Source of the DNA: Acidimicrobiia bacterium
Lineage (GTDB): Bacteria; Actinomycetota; Acidimicrobiia; Spongiisociales; ZC4RG35
Length of the DNA stretch: 64,000 nt
Assembly: GCA_035292605.1 (NCBI GenBank)
Contig: DATDPT010000069.1
Location: forward strand, 56,599 to 120,598
Direction of reading: 5' to 3'
Shown: piece after piece, positions 18,919 through 28,738 of the stretch
Layout: each line of letters starts with the position of its first letter
Position numbering within the stretch: position 1 is the stretch's first letter
Notes under the pieces: model-generated
The model's database searches: none
Told to the model about the DNA's origin: nothing
Seen by the model: the letters and a program-made list of their open reading frames with translations, nothing else
Translations under genes and position numbers: made by a program

Positions 18919-19776
18919 CTACCCCGAGAGCCGGGACCGCACCTCGACAACCTCGTAGGTGTTGGGGACGTTCTCAGCGAGAGTGCTCGCGAAGCGGGCC
19001 CAGGTAGTCCAGACGCCGCCGACCACCATGACCTGGTACTCGCCAACCCAGAGCAGGTCGAGGCTGACAGGGTATCCGGCGTTGTACCCGGCCGCGGTGG
19101 AACTGGTGTTGTAGACGTGGCGGGCCGCCGGCGACTCGGGTGAGCCGCCCATGCTTGGCGCATCGTCCCATACGGCGGCGAACACCTGGTAGCTGGCCTC
19201 TCCGGTGTCCCAGGTAACCGACTCGGTCCAACCTCTCCCCCGAACGCCGAACTCGATGCCGGTCACCGGTTCCACCCAGATGGCGTCGATCGGTCCCACT
19301 TGGGATGGGTTGGAGTACCAGAGCCACGTCTCCAACCCGGTGAGGCCGACGCTGACTGAGGTGTCGGGGTTCGACTCCCACCGCGGGTCCGGCAGCGCCC
19401 GCACCGCCGAGGCGATGGCCTCCCAGATTGTGTTCTCGGCTTCGTCGAGGTCGATGCACTGGGTCTGGGTCTCCACCACCTCTCCATCCATGATCTGATC
19501 TCGAAGGGCGAGCACAAGCCCGCTATTGATGTCGATCAGCCCGCCGCCGACTACACCACCTCCACCACACTGGCCGACGATTTGCCACGTCGTCCAGTAG
19601 CTGGTCGCCGAGCCTTCTCCTCCACCTTCACCGTGGTCCTCGCACACCAGGCCAAGATCGGAGTCGAAGTAGCACTCGTGGTTGGCGACGGCAGGCGTGG
19701 CCGGAACCGCGACGACAACCCATGCCACGATCATCAACGCCGCTAGCCGACGACTTCGAGATTCTCCAGAACCCAT
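18919..19776 (-). CDS. Secreted hypothetical protein
   Basis: Signal peptide (LAALMIVAWVVVAVPATPAVA), Gly-rich, distal end of the Tad operon. Confidence 0.5.
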   Translation of the reverse strand: MGSGESRSRRLAALMIVAWVVVAVPATPAVANHECYFDSDLGLVCEDHGEGGGEGSATSYWTTWQIVGQCGGGGVVGGGLIDINSGLVLALRDQIMDGEVVETQTQCIDLDEAENTIWEAIASAVRALPDPRWESNPDTSVSVGLTGLETWLWYSNPSQVGPIDAIWVEPVTGIEFGVRGRGWTESVTWDTGEASYQVFAAVWDDAPSMGGSPESPAARHVYNTSSTAAGYNAGYPVSLDLLWVGEYQVMVVGGVWTTWARFASTLAENVPNTYEVVEVRSRLSG

Positions 19777-20459
19777 TCTCCTTCCCCTTCTCGGTAACGC
19801 AGCAACAGGCGGATGGTCGTCTCCCCGCCGAGCGGTTCATGGACGGTCACTACCGACCCGACTTCGGCGACGATGTAGCGGGGGATCGTGTCTGCGGCGA
19901 CCACAACCAGACGCAGCAACTCCCGCCGCTCGAAGAACTCGTCGAAGGTGGCGGACACCTCCACCGGTACGAAAGCGAAACCGAGGAGTCGCCTGGCCTC
20001 ATCACGACGTGCCTCCAACGCACCGAGCGTCTCCTCGTAGAAGACGCCGCCGGGAGTCACCGCGTGCTCCAGCGCGTCGACTCCCTCTGCGGGGTTGGCG
20101 TTGACCCATGAGAACCAGCCGAGCCATTCATTCACCCAGCGGTCGATGTCTTCAGGACCCTCAATGGTCAGGTCTGGGTCCGGTTCCGGCGCACCGATCT
20201 TGTTGCTGAGAACTGACGGCAGATCGTCAACGGTTTCGGCGTCGAGCGGGTAGTCGGCTGACCAAGGATCATCCGGATGTGTCGTCGAGGTGGCAGGAAT
20301 CGTTGTGGTGCTAGCCGTCGACGTGGTCGTGTCCTCCACCGTCGTCGGGGTCGTGTTTGGCTCCGCGACAGTGGTGGTTGGATCGTTCGCCGTGGGCGTG
20401 CACCCACCCACCACAAACAACAGGCCCACAACAATCCCAAGCTCTCGACTTGGTCTCAT
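19743..20459 (-). CDS. Lipoprotein with Thr-rich linker
   Basis: Internal start MRPSRELGIVVGLLFVVGGC (lipobox-like VGGC) followed by a TTSTASTTTIPATSTT linker. The N-terminal 126 aa of the ORF-track call are rejected. Confidence 0.5.
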   Translation of the reverse strand: MRPSRELGIVVGLLFVVGGCTPTANDPTTTVAEPNTTPTTVEDTTTSTASTTTIPATSTTHPDDPWSADYPLDAETVDDLPSVLSNKIGAPEPDPDLTIEGPEDIDRWVNEWLGWFSWVNANPAEGVDALEHAVTPGGVFYEETLGALEARRDEARRLLGFAFVPVEVSATFDEFFERRELLRLVVVAADTIPRYIVAEVGSVVTVHEPLGGETTIRLLLRYREGEGEWVLENLEVVG

Positions 20460-20866
20460 CCGCCCATACCCGGTTCGGAGTAGGCGGACACCGTGACTGC
20501 GGCTACCCGTCCGGGCACCAGCCCCGAGATGAACCGGAACGGGATGCTTCGGCTGACGGACACTGTGACACCCCCAGGTGTGGCAGCGGCAGACACGCTC
20601 ATGGTGGCATCCCAGGCGGGATGAGCGAGCGCCGCGCCCACGGCCCGAGCCTGCGCCGCTCCCGGCTCGAGGGCGAGGGTTCCTGACCGCCAGGCCTGCT
20701 CGTCGAGGGCCGTGGCCCCGGCGATGGCGGCGGAGTCGGCTATGGCGGCAGCTTGCTGGCGAGCGGAGAAACCGCTCCAGAGGTCGAGGGCGAGAAACCC
20801 GACGGCGAACAGGAGCAACGACATCCCCATCGCCCACAAGGTCATCGACCCCTGCTCGCCTCTCAT
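20456..20866 (-). CDS. TadE/TadG-like pseudopilin
   Basis: N-terminal GSMTLWAMGMSLLLFAVGFLAL hydrophobic segment typical of TadE-like proteins; in the Tad operon. Confidence 0.55.
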   Translation of the reverse strand: MRGEQGSMTLWAMGMSLLLFAVGFLALDLWSGFSARQQAAAIADSAAIAGATALDEQAWRSGTLALEPGAAQARAVGAALAHPAWDATMSVSAAATPGGVTVSVSRSIPFRFISGLVPGRVAAVTVSAYSEPGMGG

Positions 20867-21309
20867 GGTCCGAGACTCCGGTAGTCGTCGACGCGTTCTG
20901 TCGCCGCCCCCACGGCGTCGAAGGGGTTGCCGACCGATCCCAGCCCGGGCACCACCATCGGGTTGCCCCGAAGAGTGACGGTGACGGTGACTTCCTGACC
21001 TCGTTGCAGGTCGCCGGGCGGATTCGCGCTGACTGTCACACCGAGGAGGTCGGCCTGGTCGATTCCGTGGTTGCCGATGACGCCGGCGGCCGCGGTCTGG
21101 GCTCGGGCCACACCGTCGGCCATGCTTTCGGCCAGAGCGACCTGGCGTACGGCTTCCACTGCGGCGGTTTGGGCGGCATGGGAGGTTCCTACCCATCCGG
21201 GGAGCTGCGCCAGCAGGGCCGCCGCCGGGATCAGCAGGAAGCCGACGGCGAACATGGTCTCGACGGTGACGCTCCCCCGCTCACGTCGCGCCGCCCTGAA
21301 CCGGTTCAC
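20863..21309 (-). CDS. TadE-like pseudopilin
   Basis: ERGSVTVETMFAVGFLLIPAAALL matches the TadE GxxxVE motif. The GTG start has AGGAG 8 nt upstream. Confidence 0.6.
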   Translation of the reverse strand: MNRFRAARRERGSVTVETMFAVGFLLIPAAALLAQLPGWVGTSHAAQTAAVEAVRQVALAESMADGVARAQTAAAGVIGNHGIDQADLLGVTVSANPPGDLQRGQEVTVTVTLRGNPMVVPGLGSVGNPFDAVGAATERVDDYRSLGP

Positions 21310-21677
21310 GGGAACGGCTCCTGGGTTGCCCGACCGGTGGCGGTGATATTCAAGGTGGGCATGCCGGGTGTCGGCGAGTCGACCATGACCCCGACCTGGG
21401 ACACAAGGTCTGCTCCTTCGTTGGCGCAGGAGACCGACACCAAAGCACCCAACGGCCCGGGGAGGAGGGATTGGAATACTTCGGAAGCCCGTGTCTCGCA
21501 CACCGGTGGCCCGGCGTAGACACGGGACCCGGCTCGCACGCCTTCATCGGCGGCGGCCCGGGCCACGCCTTGTATGTACGTGGCCATGACGAGATGTACC
21601 AGGAACACCGCGGCGAACACGGTGAGAAGGGCCGCCAAGATGACTTCGAGGTTGACACTCCCCTCTTCTCCGGTCAG
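21306..21677 (-). CDS. TadE-like pseudopilin
   Basis: EEGSVNLEVILAALLTVFAAVFLV; the start codon is uncertain (non-ATG). Confidence 0.5.
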   Translation of the reverse strand: MTGEEGSVNLEVILAALLTVFAAVFLVHLVMATYIQGVARAAADEGVRAGSRVYAGPPVCETRASEVFQSLLPGPLGALVSVSCANEGADLVSQVGVMVDSPTPGMPTLNITATGRATQEPFP

Positions 21678-21865
21678 ATGCCGAGGGTGGTCGTGACGAA
21701 GCCGGCTGCACTGGTCAACATAGCCTCCAGCTGAGTGCGGAAGGCGAAGATGACGAGCGCCGACACGACCATCCAGGCGATCATCGAGACGTTGACTTCG
21801 CCTCGCTCGTCGGTGTGAGGCTCGGCAACACGCCGGGCCAGCACGGCCATGATGTGGGACATCAT
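21674..21865 (-). CDS. Flp-type pilin candidate
   Basis: 63 aa with a basic N-terminus, a Gly then a hydrophobic stretch (ERGEVNVSMIAWMVVSALVIFAF), immediately downstream of tadC. The Flp GxxxxEY motif is degenerate. Confidence 0.45.
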   Translation of the reverse strand: MMSHIMAVLARRVAEPHTDERGEVNVSMIAWMVVSALVIFAFRTQLEAMLTSAAGFVTTTLGI

Positions 21866-21895
21866 TTGCTGCTCCTTTCTTGTTTCTGTGCCTAC

Positions 21896-22849
21896 TCATG
21901 GGGATCCGCCTCCGAAGATCAGACTCGGAAGCGGAGCCGCCATGAAGGCGATGGCGATGGGGGCGAGGATGACGACGATCGGAATGACGGCGGCGATCCG
22001 CCGGGTGGCTGCCTTGGTGACGGCCTCGTCGCGGCGGGCAACCCGCAGGTCCTTAGAGAGGGCCAGAAGGCTGTCGGCGAGGTCGACGCCTCGCTCCTGG
22101 CCGATGGCGAGGGAGTGGTAGAGACGTGCCGCCTCAGGTTCGGCGGTGTTGGCGGCAGCTCGTCGTAGAGCCTCGGTGGTTGGAGTCCCGGTTCGCACCA
22201 ACCGGAGGATCTCCTGGACCTCGGAGACGATGACACCCCGACCTCGCTGGGCAACGTGGCGGAGAGCGTCTCCGACCCCGCCTCCGACACGGGCTCGCAT
22301 GGCGAGGATCTGGTTGACGGTGTACAGCTCGGAGCGGATGCGCCGCCGCCGCGAGTCGATTGCACGGTCGACCCGTCCTTTGGCCAGGAAGGACCCGAGA
22401 ACGAAGCCGCCAGTGGCGTACATCATCAGACCCACGCCCCCCTGCGACTGCCATCCGATCGCGCCGAGGATGGCGGCCACGGCAGCAGCGGTGGCGAACG
22501 ACCGGTTGCGGAACGCTCGCAGACGGTCGGTCGCTTCCATCCCCGGGTAGAGCCCGGATTGGCGGAGGCGGAGAACGAGCTGCTCCTCGTCTCGGGGTCC
22601 GAGGACCCGGGAGTGGATACGGGAGAGTCGCTCGATGAGAGGTTCGAATGCGTCGCGCACCCGTGCAGGGCTACGGGAGATCGTGAGGTAGGTCTCGGGG
22701 TCGACACCGCGGAGCAGCCGGGTTCGGACCACCTGAACGTACGGGGCGACTCGACCCCGGAGCCGGCGTGGTGGTCGGAGAATGACCCAGGCCGTGGCCG
22801 ACACCGTGGTCCCGGCGGTGATGGCGAGGACAAGCGTCAGCCGCGTCAT
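21896..22849 (-). CDS. tadC: TadC-like (T2SS-F family) pilus assembly membrane protein
   Basis: 317 aa with a GspF-like domain and two TM regions, following tadB. Confidence 0.7.
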   Translation of the reverse strand: MTRLTLVLAITAGTTVSATAWVILRPPRRLRGRVAPYVQVVRTRLLRGVDPETYLTISRSPARVRDAFEPLIERLSRIHSRVLGPRDEEQLVLRLRQSGLYPGMEATDRLRAFRNRSFATAAAVAAILGAIGWQSQGGVGLMMYATGGFVLGSFLAKGRVDRAIDSRRRRIRSELYTVNQILAMRARVGGGVGDALRHVAQRGRGVIVSEVQEILRLVRTGTPTTEALRRAAANTAEPEAARLYHSLAIGQERGVDLADSLLALSKDLRVARRDEAVTKAATRRIAAVIPIVVILAPIAIAFMAAPLPSLIFGGGSP

Positions 22850-23730
22850 GCCAGCCCCTCGTCGGCGGCGGCACCGAGCACGCGAGGCTCGACCTCACGT
22901 TTCTGCACGGCACGGAGGACGAGCAGGCCCATCGCCCACCAGACACCTGCCGCCAGCACCACCGTCCGCCCGGTGCCGGTCTGGTAGAAGGTGCGGTAGG
23001 CGCCCTGGCTGGCGGTGAGATAGACGAGTAGGAGCCACGGGACGACGCCCACCACCCACGACTCGATCCGCTGTGTGGTCCCCTCGGCCCGGATGGCTCG
23101 CTCGGTGCGAAGATCCTCGGTGATCTCGTTCGCCAAGTCGGTGAGGACCGCGACGACCAGCTCGCCGCCCCAGTCATGGGCAATCACCAGCACCTCGATC
23201 ACCCTGTCGGAGGTGGGGTCGGCCAGCTGCTCTCGAATAGTCTCCATGGCCGTGGCGAACCCGAGAAGCCGGGAGCGTTCCTCCCAGCCTTCGAAAGCGG
23301 ACAGGAGCGGAAGCGGACCTTGAGTGGCCAGGGCGGTGACGGCGACGGGAATCGTGGATCCGGAACGGACGTAGGAGAGGAGGAGACGGACGGCGTCGGG
23401 CCACGCCTCGGCGATGCCCAGCAGCCGTTCTCGGCGCCGCCGCTCGTAAGTCCAGGCCAGGTATCCGCTGCAGGCGGCGGCGGGGAAGAAGGAGGAGAAC
23501 CAGTCTCCCGTCAGCATCGCCAGTGCCGCCCACGCGGCCAGCCCGATGCCTGCCGAGGCCGCCAGGAACTGGATGGGGGCCAGCGGAGATCCGACCTGTC
23601 CCAGCCACTGCTGGATACGCCCACGCCTCGACCGCCTGCCGTTGTGGGTGAACGTCGGCGCCACCCCGAGGAGGAGACCGGCAACCAGGAAGGCGGTGAA
23701 CCCTCCGATCAGTGCGATGACCAATCTCAT
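22846..23730 (-). CDS. tadB: TadB-like (T2SS-F family) pilus assembly membrane protein
   Basis: Start MRLVIALIGG with an ATGA overlap with the cpaF stop. The long N-terminal extension in the ORF track is rejected. Confidence 0.7.
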   Translation of the reverse strand: MRLVIALIGGFTAFLVAGLLLGVAPTFTHNGRRSRRGRIQQWLGQVGSPLAPIQFLAASAGIGLAAWAALAMLTGDWFSSFFPAAACSGYLAWTYERRRRERLLGIAEAWPDAVRLLLSYVRSGSTIPVAVTALATQGPLPLLSAFEGWEERSRLLGFATAMETIREQLADPTSDRVIEVLVIAHDWGGELVVAVLTDLANEITEDLRTERAIRAEGTTQRIESWVVGVVPWLLLVYLTASQGAYRTFYQTGTGRTVVLAAGVWWAMGLLVLRAVQKREVEPRVLGAAADEGLA

Positions 23731-25004
23731 TCCGGGCTCCATTCGCCGTCGAGGATCATGGGCAGGGTGACTCCGTCGGGAAGCATGCGGTCGATTCGGG
23801 CTGTGAGTTCGGGGTCTGGCATGAGTCCGGTCCACCGCAGCTCGCCACCGTGCCGGTCGAAGAGCGGCTCGGTGTTCCATGTGTTGCGCCCGTCGGTGAG
23901 CGGCCCGACGATGATGATCTCCCGGCATTCCCGCTGCGACCCGCCGCCCTTGGTGATGTGCCGGTCGAGGTAGACGACGACGTCGAGGGCTTCGGAGAAG
24001 ATCGACCGGAGCGAAGAGTCGGGCATCTCCCCGGCAGCAAGCTTGGCCGCCGATGCCAGTGAAGTGAGGGCCCGCTGCGCCGAGTGGGAGTGGATCGTGC
24101 AGCAGAAGCCGCCACCGGCATTGACCGCTCGGATCAGCTCGAATGCCTCGCCGCCTCTGACCTCGCCCACACAGAGCATGTCGACCCTCATCGCCAGGCA
24201 AACCTTGATCAGGTCGCGGAGCGTATAGCGACGCTCCCCGTTGAGGCTCACACCCGAGGCCTCATAGAACGACGAATGAAGTGAGAGGGTCAGGTTGAGC
24301 TCTCGAACCTCCTCCACAACTCGCACGCATTGGTCGCGGGGAACCGCCCGGAGAAAGGCGCCCAAGGCGGTGGTCTTGCCGGCGCCGGTAGGCCCGGCGA
24401 AGAGGACCGATCCCCGCACCTGCGCCAGTGCCCAGAGAAAGCCCGCCGCCGCAGGAGACCAAACACCGCGACGGACCAGGCTGCCCAGGGTCTCGTCGGC
24501 GGCGGTGTACATGCGGAGGGTGGCCGACAGCCGGTGCGACACCGGTTCGATCACCGCGGTGAGGCGGGCACGCCCGTCGAGGACGTGGGCCTGCTGGATG
24601 GCGGACGTTGCATCGAGACGTCGACCCGTCCCATCCAGAAGCCGTTCGATGATGTGACGGTTCTCCCGCTCACTTGTCGGCTCGTTCAGGGCGACAAGCC
24701 TGCCCCCTTCCTCTATAAAGGAGACCCGGTCACCCTCGATGAATACCTCCTCGACGTCGTGGCGGGAGAACAGCCCGGTGAGCGGCCCGTACTCGGCGAG
24801 GGCTCGCCAGATGCGGTCCACCATCTGATCGGGTCGTCCCAAGGATTCCGCCCGTCCCGCCGCCGCCGTGGTCTGGTGCTCCCGAACCAGCTCCTCAATC
24901 AGACTGCGGGCGGCGTCGGGTTGCTCTGCGGGGCGGATGCGCCGCTCCTCGCACACCTCGGCAGCACGGGTGCGGATTCGCTCGTAGGTGGTCAAAGGGC
25001 TCAT
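23727..25004 (-). CDS. cpaF: CpaF/TadA secretion ATPase (VirB11 family)
   Basis: Walker A LFAGPTGAGKTT, Asp box, Walker B MLCVGEVRGGEA, His box CCTIHSHS. The start MSPLTT has an ATGA overlap with the upstream gene. Confidence 0.9.
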   Translation of the reverse strand: MSPLTTYERIRTRAAEVCEERRIRPAEQPDAARSLIEELVREHQTTAAAGRAESLGRPDQMVDRIWRALAEYGPLTGLFSRHDVEEVFIEGDRVSFIEEGGRLVALNEPTSERENRHIIERLLDGTGRRLDATSAIQQAHVLDGRARLTAVIEPVSHRLSATLRMYTAADETLGSLVRRGVWSPAAAGFLWALAQVRGSVLFAGPTGAGKTTALGAFLRAVPRDQCVRVVEEVRELNLTLSLHSSFYEASGVSLNGERRYTLRDLIKVCLAMRVDMLCVGEVRGGEAFELIRAVNAGGGFCCTIHSHSAQRALTSLASAAKLAAGEMPDSSLRSIFSEALDVVVYLDRHITKGGGSQRECREIIIVGPLTDGRNTWNTEPLFDRHGGELRWTGLMPDPELTARIDRMLPDGVTLPMILDGEWSPE

Positions 25005-26161
25005 GCCGCCCACCCCGCCAACAGGTCGGCGGTCATCTTGCCCACCGCCTTGTAGAACCGTCCCCGGTCGGGAAGGCGACCGTCCCACGCCGACATCGGG
25101 ACGCGAGAGTCGAACGGGAGGAACCAGAGAGATGCTGGAGCGGTGGTGCGGGATAGCTCTCGGCTCCACTCGGCCTTTCGGAACCCGCCGGCGGGCATGC
25201 GGTTGACCACAACGTGAATCGGTGCCTCGGTGAGGTTGCGGACATCGGCGATGGTGCCGAGGGTCCGGACCAGGCCGACAGGACTCCCCGATGTCGCCAA
25301 CAGCACCTCATCGGCCTTCTCGACTGTGTGGCGGCCGACGTCAAAACGGCCTTCCAGACCTGACAGGGGTGCCAGGTCCTCGAGGATCGGGTGGACCACT
25401 GCCAGGGTCGTTGCGTAGCGGTCTCGGAGGCCATCCAGCAGCTCCCCGGCATCGACCAGGGACAACTCGTCCCACTCCCTGGGATTGGCCAGACCAGGGA
25501 TCACAGCGCAGCCCGAGTGGTGGGGGAGGACGCTGTCCGTCCCGAAGCGGCCACGCCGGATGTGGTCGGAAGCGGTCAACAGGTTGGGGACGATCGCAAC
25601 GTCGAGTCGCTGGGCGATGGCAGGGCGGACGGTGTCCAGGTCGACCAGCACCGTCGAGCGGCGCGTCCGGCTCAGACCCGCGGCCAGGTTGACTGCAACC
25701 TCGGTGACCCCATCGTCGCCAGTCACCACGATCAGGCGGTGGTGACCATCCCTGGACGCGGGTTCGGCCGCGGGCGGGAACGGGTCTTCGAGTTCGTTGT
25801 CGATGTACCGGCGTACTGCTGCCACCTCGGCGGCGCGGGCGACGATTCGCTCGGCTTCGCTGGAAACCGGTAACGAAAGTGCCACCCCAAGGTCGCCGAG
25901 CCGGTTGGCCTCCGCCTCGGGTCGCTCGGAGTTGACCAGCACTAGCACCGCTCGCCCGTCTCGCTGCACCTGGTCGACCAGCCGGCGGGTGAGAAGCGAT
26001 GACCAGCTGTCAAGGACGAGAACGTCGAAGTCGGCGTCTACGACGTCGCTAGGTGTCAGTGCCTGCCCCACCATCTGTGCTCCACCGTGCTCGCTGACCC
26101 AGTGGGTCAGGGCGGTCACCCATCCATGCTGAGTGGCTCCGACGAGCAGGCGGGCCTCCAC
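25001..26161 (-). CDS. CpaE/TadZ-like protein with degenerate ParA/MinD ATPase fold
   Basis: Position between cpaB and cpaF. Has a MinD-like central region but a degenerate P-loop (IVVTGDDGVTEVAVNLAAGL). GTG start. Confidence 0.5.
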   Translation of the reverse strand: MEARLLVGATQHGWVTALTHWVSEHGGAQMVGQALTPSDVVDADFDVLVLDSWSSLLTRRLVDQVQRDGRAVLVLVNSERPEAEANRLGDLGVALSLPVSSEAERIVARAAEVAAVRRYIDNELEDPFPPAAEPASRDGHHRLIVVTGDDGVTEVAVNLAAGLSRTRRSTVLVDLDTVRPAIAQRLDVAIVPNLLTASDHIRRGRFGTDSVLPHHSGCAVIPGLANPREWDELSLVDAGELLDGLRDRYATTLAVVHPILEDLAPLSGLEGRFDVGRHTVEKADEVLLATSGSPVGLVRTLGTIADVRNLTEAPIHVVVNRMPAGGFRKAEWSRELSRTTAPASLWFLPFDSRVPMSAWDGRLPDRGRFYKAVGKMTADLLAGWAA

Positions 26162-26162
26162 C

Positions 26163-26867
26163 TCACCCCCCAGCTTCTGTTTCGGGGGGTGGATCGGTGG
26201 GCTCGTCTGGGACGGCCAGCTCCCAGATGGTGAGGCTCGGAGTCCCGGTGGACCGGAGCAGGTAGATGGTTCCGTTCTCCACGCCATCGGCAATCTCCAG
26301 GGCCTCGGACTCCTCCACCGCCAGGACCACCCACCAGGCCGAAGTGGCGCTCACCAGACCCGACGCCTCGGTGGCGGGGAGGGCGAGCACTGGGATGGCT
26401 TCGGCGACGAAACGGGTTCCTGTCTCCGTCACCACCAGCGCGTCCACCTCGTCACCCACCGCTAGGTCGCCGCCGACGGCGTTGGCCGGTGACATGGGAA
26501 CTGACATGGCACGCCGTCCCTCCTCGGCCGCCACCGGACGCAAGTCGCTGCGGAGGATGGGCTCGGAGGCTGATATGGAGCGGGTAGCCACCTGCCCCAC
26601 CAAACCGTCGAGGGAGTCGGCCGGGTAGATGGCGGCAGCAACCGTCGGATCTGAGGGAATCTCCGCGACTCGCAGATCGGTGGCCACAACGAGCGTTCCC
26701 GCCCGGATTTCCTCTGCTGCCAGCACCACTGACACCAGGTCTTCCTGGCCCCTGGTCCAGGAGAGGAGGAGGACGGCTGTGACCAGACCCGCCGCCACTG
26801 CGATCAGATGGGCGGTTCCGAAGCGGGCTCGCACCCGCTTTCCCGGCGCTTTCCCTTCGTTTCCCAT
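26163..26867 (-). CDS. cpaB: CpaB/RcpC-like Flp pilus assembly protein
   Basis: N-terminal TM anchor (LIAVAAGLVTAVLLL) plus a SAF-like domain; first gene of the Tad operon. Confidence 0.65.
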   Translation of the reverse strand: MGNEGKAPGKRVRARFGTAHLIAVAAGLVTAVLLLSWTRGQEDLVSVVLAAEEIRAGTLVVATDLRVAEIPSDPTVAAAIYPADSLDGLVGQVATRSISASEPILRSDLRPVAAEEGRRAMSVPMSPANAVGGDLAVGDEVDALVVTETGTRFVAEAIPVLALPATEASGLVSATSAWWVVLAVEESEALEIADGVENGTIYLLRSTGTPSLTIWELAVPDEPTDPPPETEAGG

Positions 26868-26970
26868 TATTCCTCTTGGAAGAAGGATGAACCCTATCTA
26901 ACCTGTGGACAACCCGCAAGAGATTCTTTTACTAGATCGTTCCCAGTGGTTCTGATATGATCCTTGGCCC
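26868..26970. promoter_or_regulatory. AT-richer divergent promoter region
   Basis: Local GC drop (tttactagatcgttcccagtggttctgatatgatcc) between cpaB (-) and the HTH gene (+). Confidence 0.35.
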
Positions 26971-27234
26971 ATGGGCGCATCACCAAGTACTGAGGAGTCG
27001 AAGGACCTGAGGGCGCAGGCAATCGAAGAGATTCGAAAGAGCTACCCGCCGATCCTTACTACGGCCCACGTCGCGGAGCTGATGCACTGCACCATCGGGG
27101 ACGTGCGGGACAAGGTCCACAACGGCGAGTTGTCCGCTGTGCGGTGGGGTCAGCAGTTCCGTTTCTTCCGCGAGGAAGTGCTCGCCGCTCTGAAAGACGT
27201 TCTAGAGGGCGAAAGGGAAGTCGCCGGCGACTGA
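26971..27234 (+). CDS. Helix-turn-helix DNA-binding protein (excisionase/MerR-like)
   Basis: TTAHVAELMHCTIGDVRDKVHNGELSAVRWGQQFRF is an HTH_17-type motif. Confidence 0.55.
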   Translation: MGASPSTEESKDLRAQAIEEIRKSYPPILTTAHVAELMHCTIGDVRDKVHNGELSAVRWGQQFRFFREEVLAALKDVLEGEREVAGD

Positions 27235-27765
27235 GATCGCCGCGACTTGCGCGCGCGCCGCAGCCATGTCGCCACCGGAGCCTGTCCTTATATATAGGTG
27301 ATCGGTGGCGGTGGCCACGAGGAGACCAGCGAGGCGGCGTCCGCCCACTATCGCGCACGACACCTGACCGCCCTCCACCATGCGGCAGAAGGCCACGAAC
27401 GACCCCAATGTCCGATCGCCAGACGAGCCCCGGCCGACCCGCCGTTCGGTCACCTCAAGTGTGGCCACCGCGTCGAGATTGACCGCTTGCACCCCCTGCT
27501 CGACGGAAAGCACCACCAGATCACTGACTACCGCGGTCGGTATCCCTTGGGTCTCGCCACCCGGCCACGTCAGGCGAATCCGATGACCCTGTTGCATCGC
27601 CTCCCACGCCACTTCTCTCAGGGAACGGGACATCAGGCGGAGCTGTTCGGCCGCAGCCTCGTCCTCGACCTGGTCCCTCCGAGCCTGTCGCTCGACGCGG
27701 CCCATCGACTCCTCGGCCTCATCCCACGGATCTGGTGCCAAGACGAACCCCTTGCCAAAGGTCAA
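27202..27765 (-). CDS. Hypothetical protein
   Basis: 187-aa ORF; its 3' end overlaps the HTH gene antisense. Weak. Confidence 0.3.
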   Translation of the reverse strand: MTFGKGFVLAPDPWDEAEESMGRVERQARRDQVEDEAAAEQLRLMSRSLREVAWEAMQQGHRIRLTWPGGETQGIPTAVVSDLVVLSVEQGVQAVNLDAVATLEVTERRVGRGSSGDRTLGSFVAFCRMVEGGQVSCAIVGGRRLAGLLVATATDHLYIRTGSGGDMAAARAQVAAISVAGDFPFAL

Positions 27766-27793
27766 CGTTCTGGATTACGCTAGTTCACGCTAT

Positions 27794-28514
27794 GTCAGAG
27801 AGCAATAGTGGGAGACCGCTTTCGCGTTTGGTCCGGTGGCTGATCCTGGCCTCGGTGCCGGGGATCGCCTTCGTGACCTTGCTCTCGGTCCAGCCTCCCC
27901 TTTCGGTCGGTGATATCCCCGGCGGAGCCCTGGAGCCGGTCCTCCTTAGCCTCGGACGGCTCGCCGGGGTAGCCCTTTCCGGGTGGCTTGTTGCCTCACA
28001 GATCCTCTACACCTTTGCCGTCGTCACTCGCACTCGATGGCTAGTCGACGTCCTTCGCCCCGTCGCGCTGCCCGTGGTCCGTCGGCTGGTCGCCGGAATC
28101 GCAACCGTCACCATAAGTCTCAACACCGTCACCGCGGTTGCCCAGGCTCCCACCGAGACCACCATCGTCACCGTCGAGCACAACGGCCTCCGACAGGAAG
28201 CCACCCCCACTCCGAACCTTCAACCACTGGTCGAGGTCGAGGCCACTGACCCCTGCATGCTCGACGAAGTCGTCGGCTCGTATAGCGCTCCCCTCACCTG
28301 GCTGGTCCGCCCCGGCGACCACCTATGGAAGATCGCCGCCGAGCACCTCACCATCGTCCTCGACCGCCCACCCACCCGAAACGAACACTCCCGCTACTGG
28401 GTCGAGGTCGCCAACTCGGCGAGACCGGTCATCCGCTCGGGAGATCCCGACCTGATCTACCCCGGCGAGGAAATACCTCTTCCTGCAACCCTCGACGCCG
28501 GAGTCAGACCATGA
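27794..28514 (+). CDS. Membrane protein with C-terminal LysM domain
   Basis: TM helices, then LVRPGDHLWKIAAEHL...DPDLIYPGEEIPLP, which matches the LysM consensus. Confidence 0.65.
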
Positions 28515-28738
28515 GCGGCGAGATCGACTACGCCCTGTGGTACCCCGACGTGCCGCCGGTGATGGACACCAGGCAACTCGCCGTGCTGCTCAACACCAAT
28601 GAGCAGATCGTTCGTGCCTACGCCCGAGACGGCGTCATCCCGGCTCACCGCCCACCCGGCGGCCGCAAGTTCACGTTCCTCCGCCACGAAATCTTCCAGT
28701 GGCTACTGGAGAATCGGTACGAGCCCAAGACCGATTAA
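28511..28738 (+). CDS. Helix-turn-helix (excisionase-family) DNA-binding protein
   Basis: 75 aa, MDTRQLAVLLNTNEQIVRAYARDGVIPAHRPPGGRKFTFLRHEIFQWL. ATGA overlap with the upstream gene. Confidence 0.6.
   Translation: MSGEIDYALWYPDVPPVMDTRQLAVLLNTNEQIVRAYARDGVIPAHRPPGGRKFTFLRHEIFQWLLENRYEPKTD

Noticed and set aside
22846-24201. N-terminal 157 codons of the 451-aa ORF
   Set aside because: Extension upstream of the ATGA-coupled tadB start overlaps cpaF in another frame; Arg/His-rich non-protein-like sequence.
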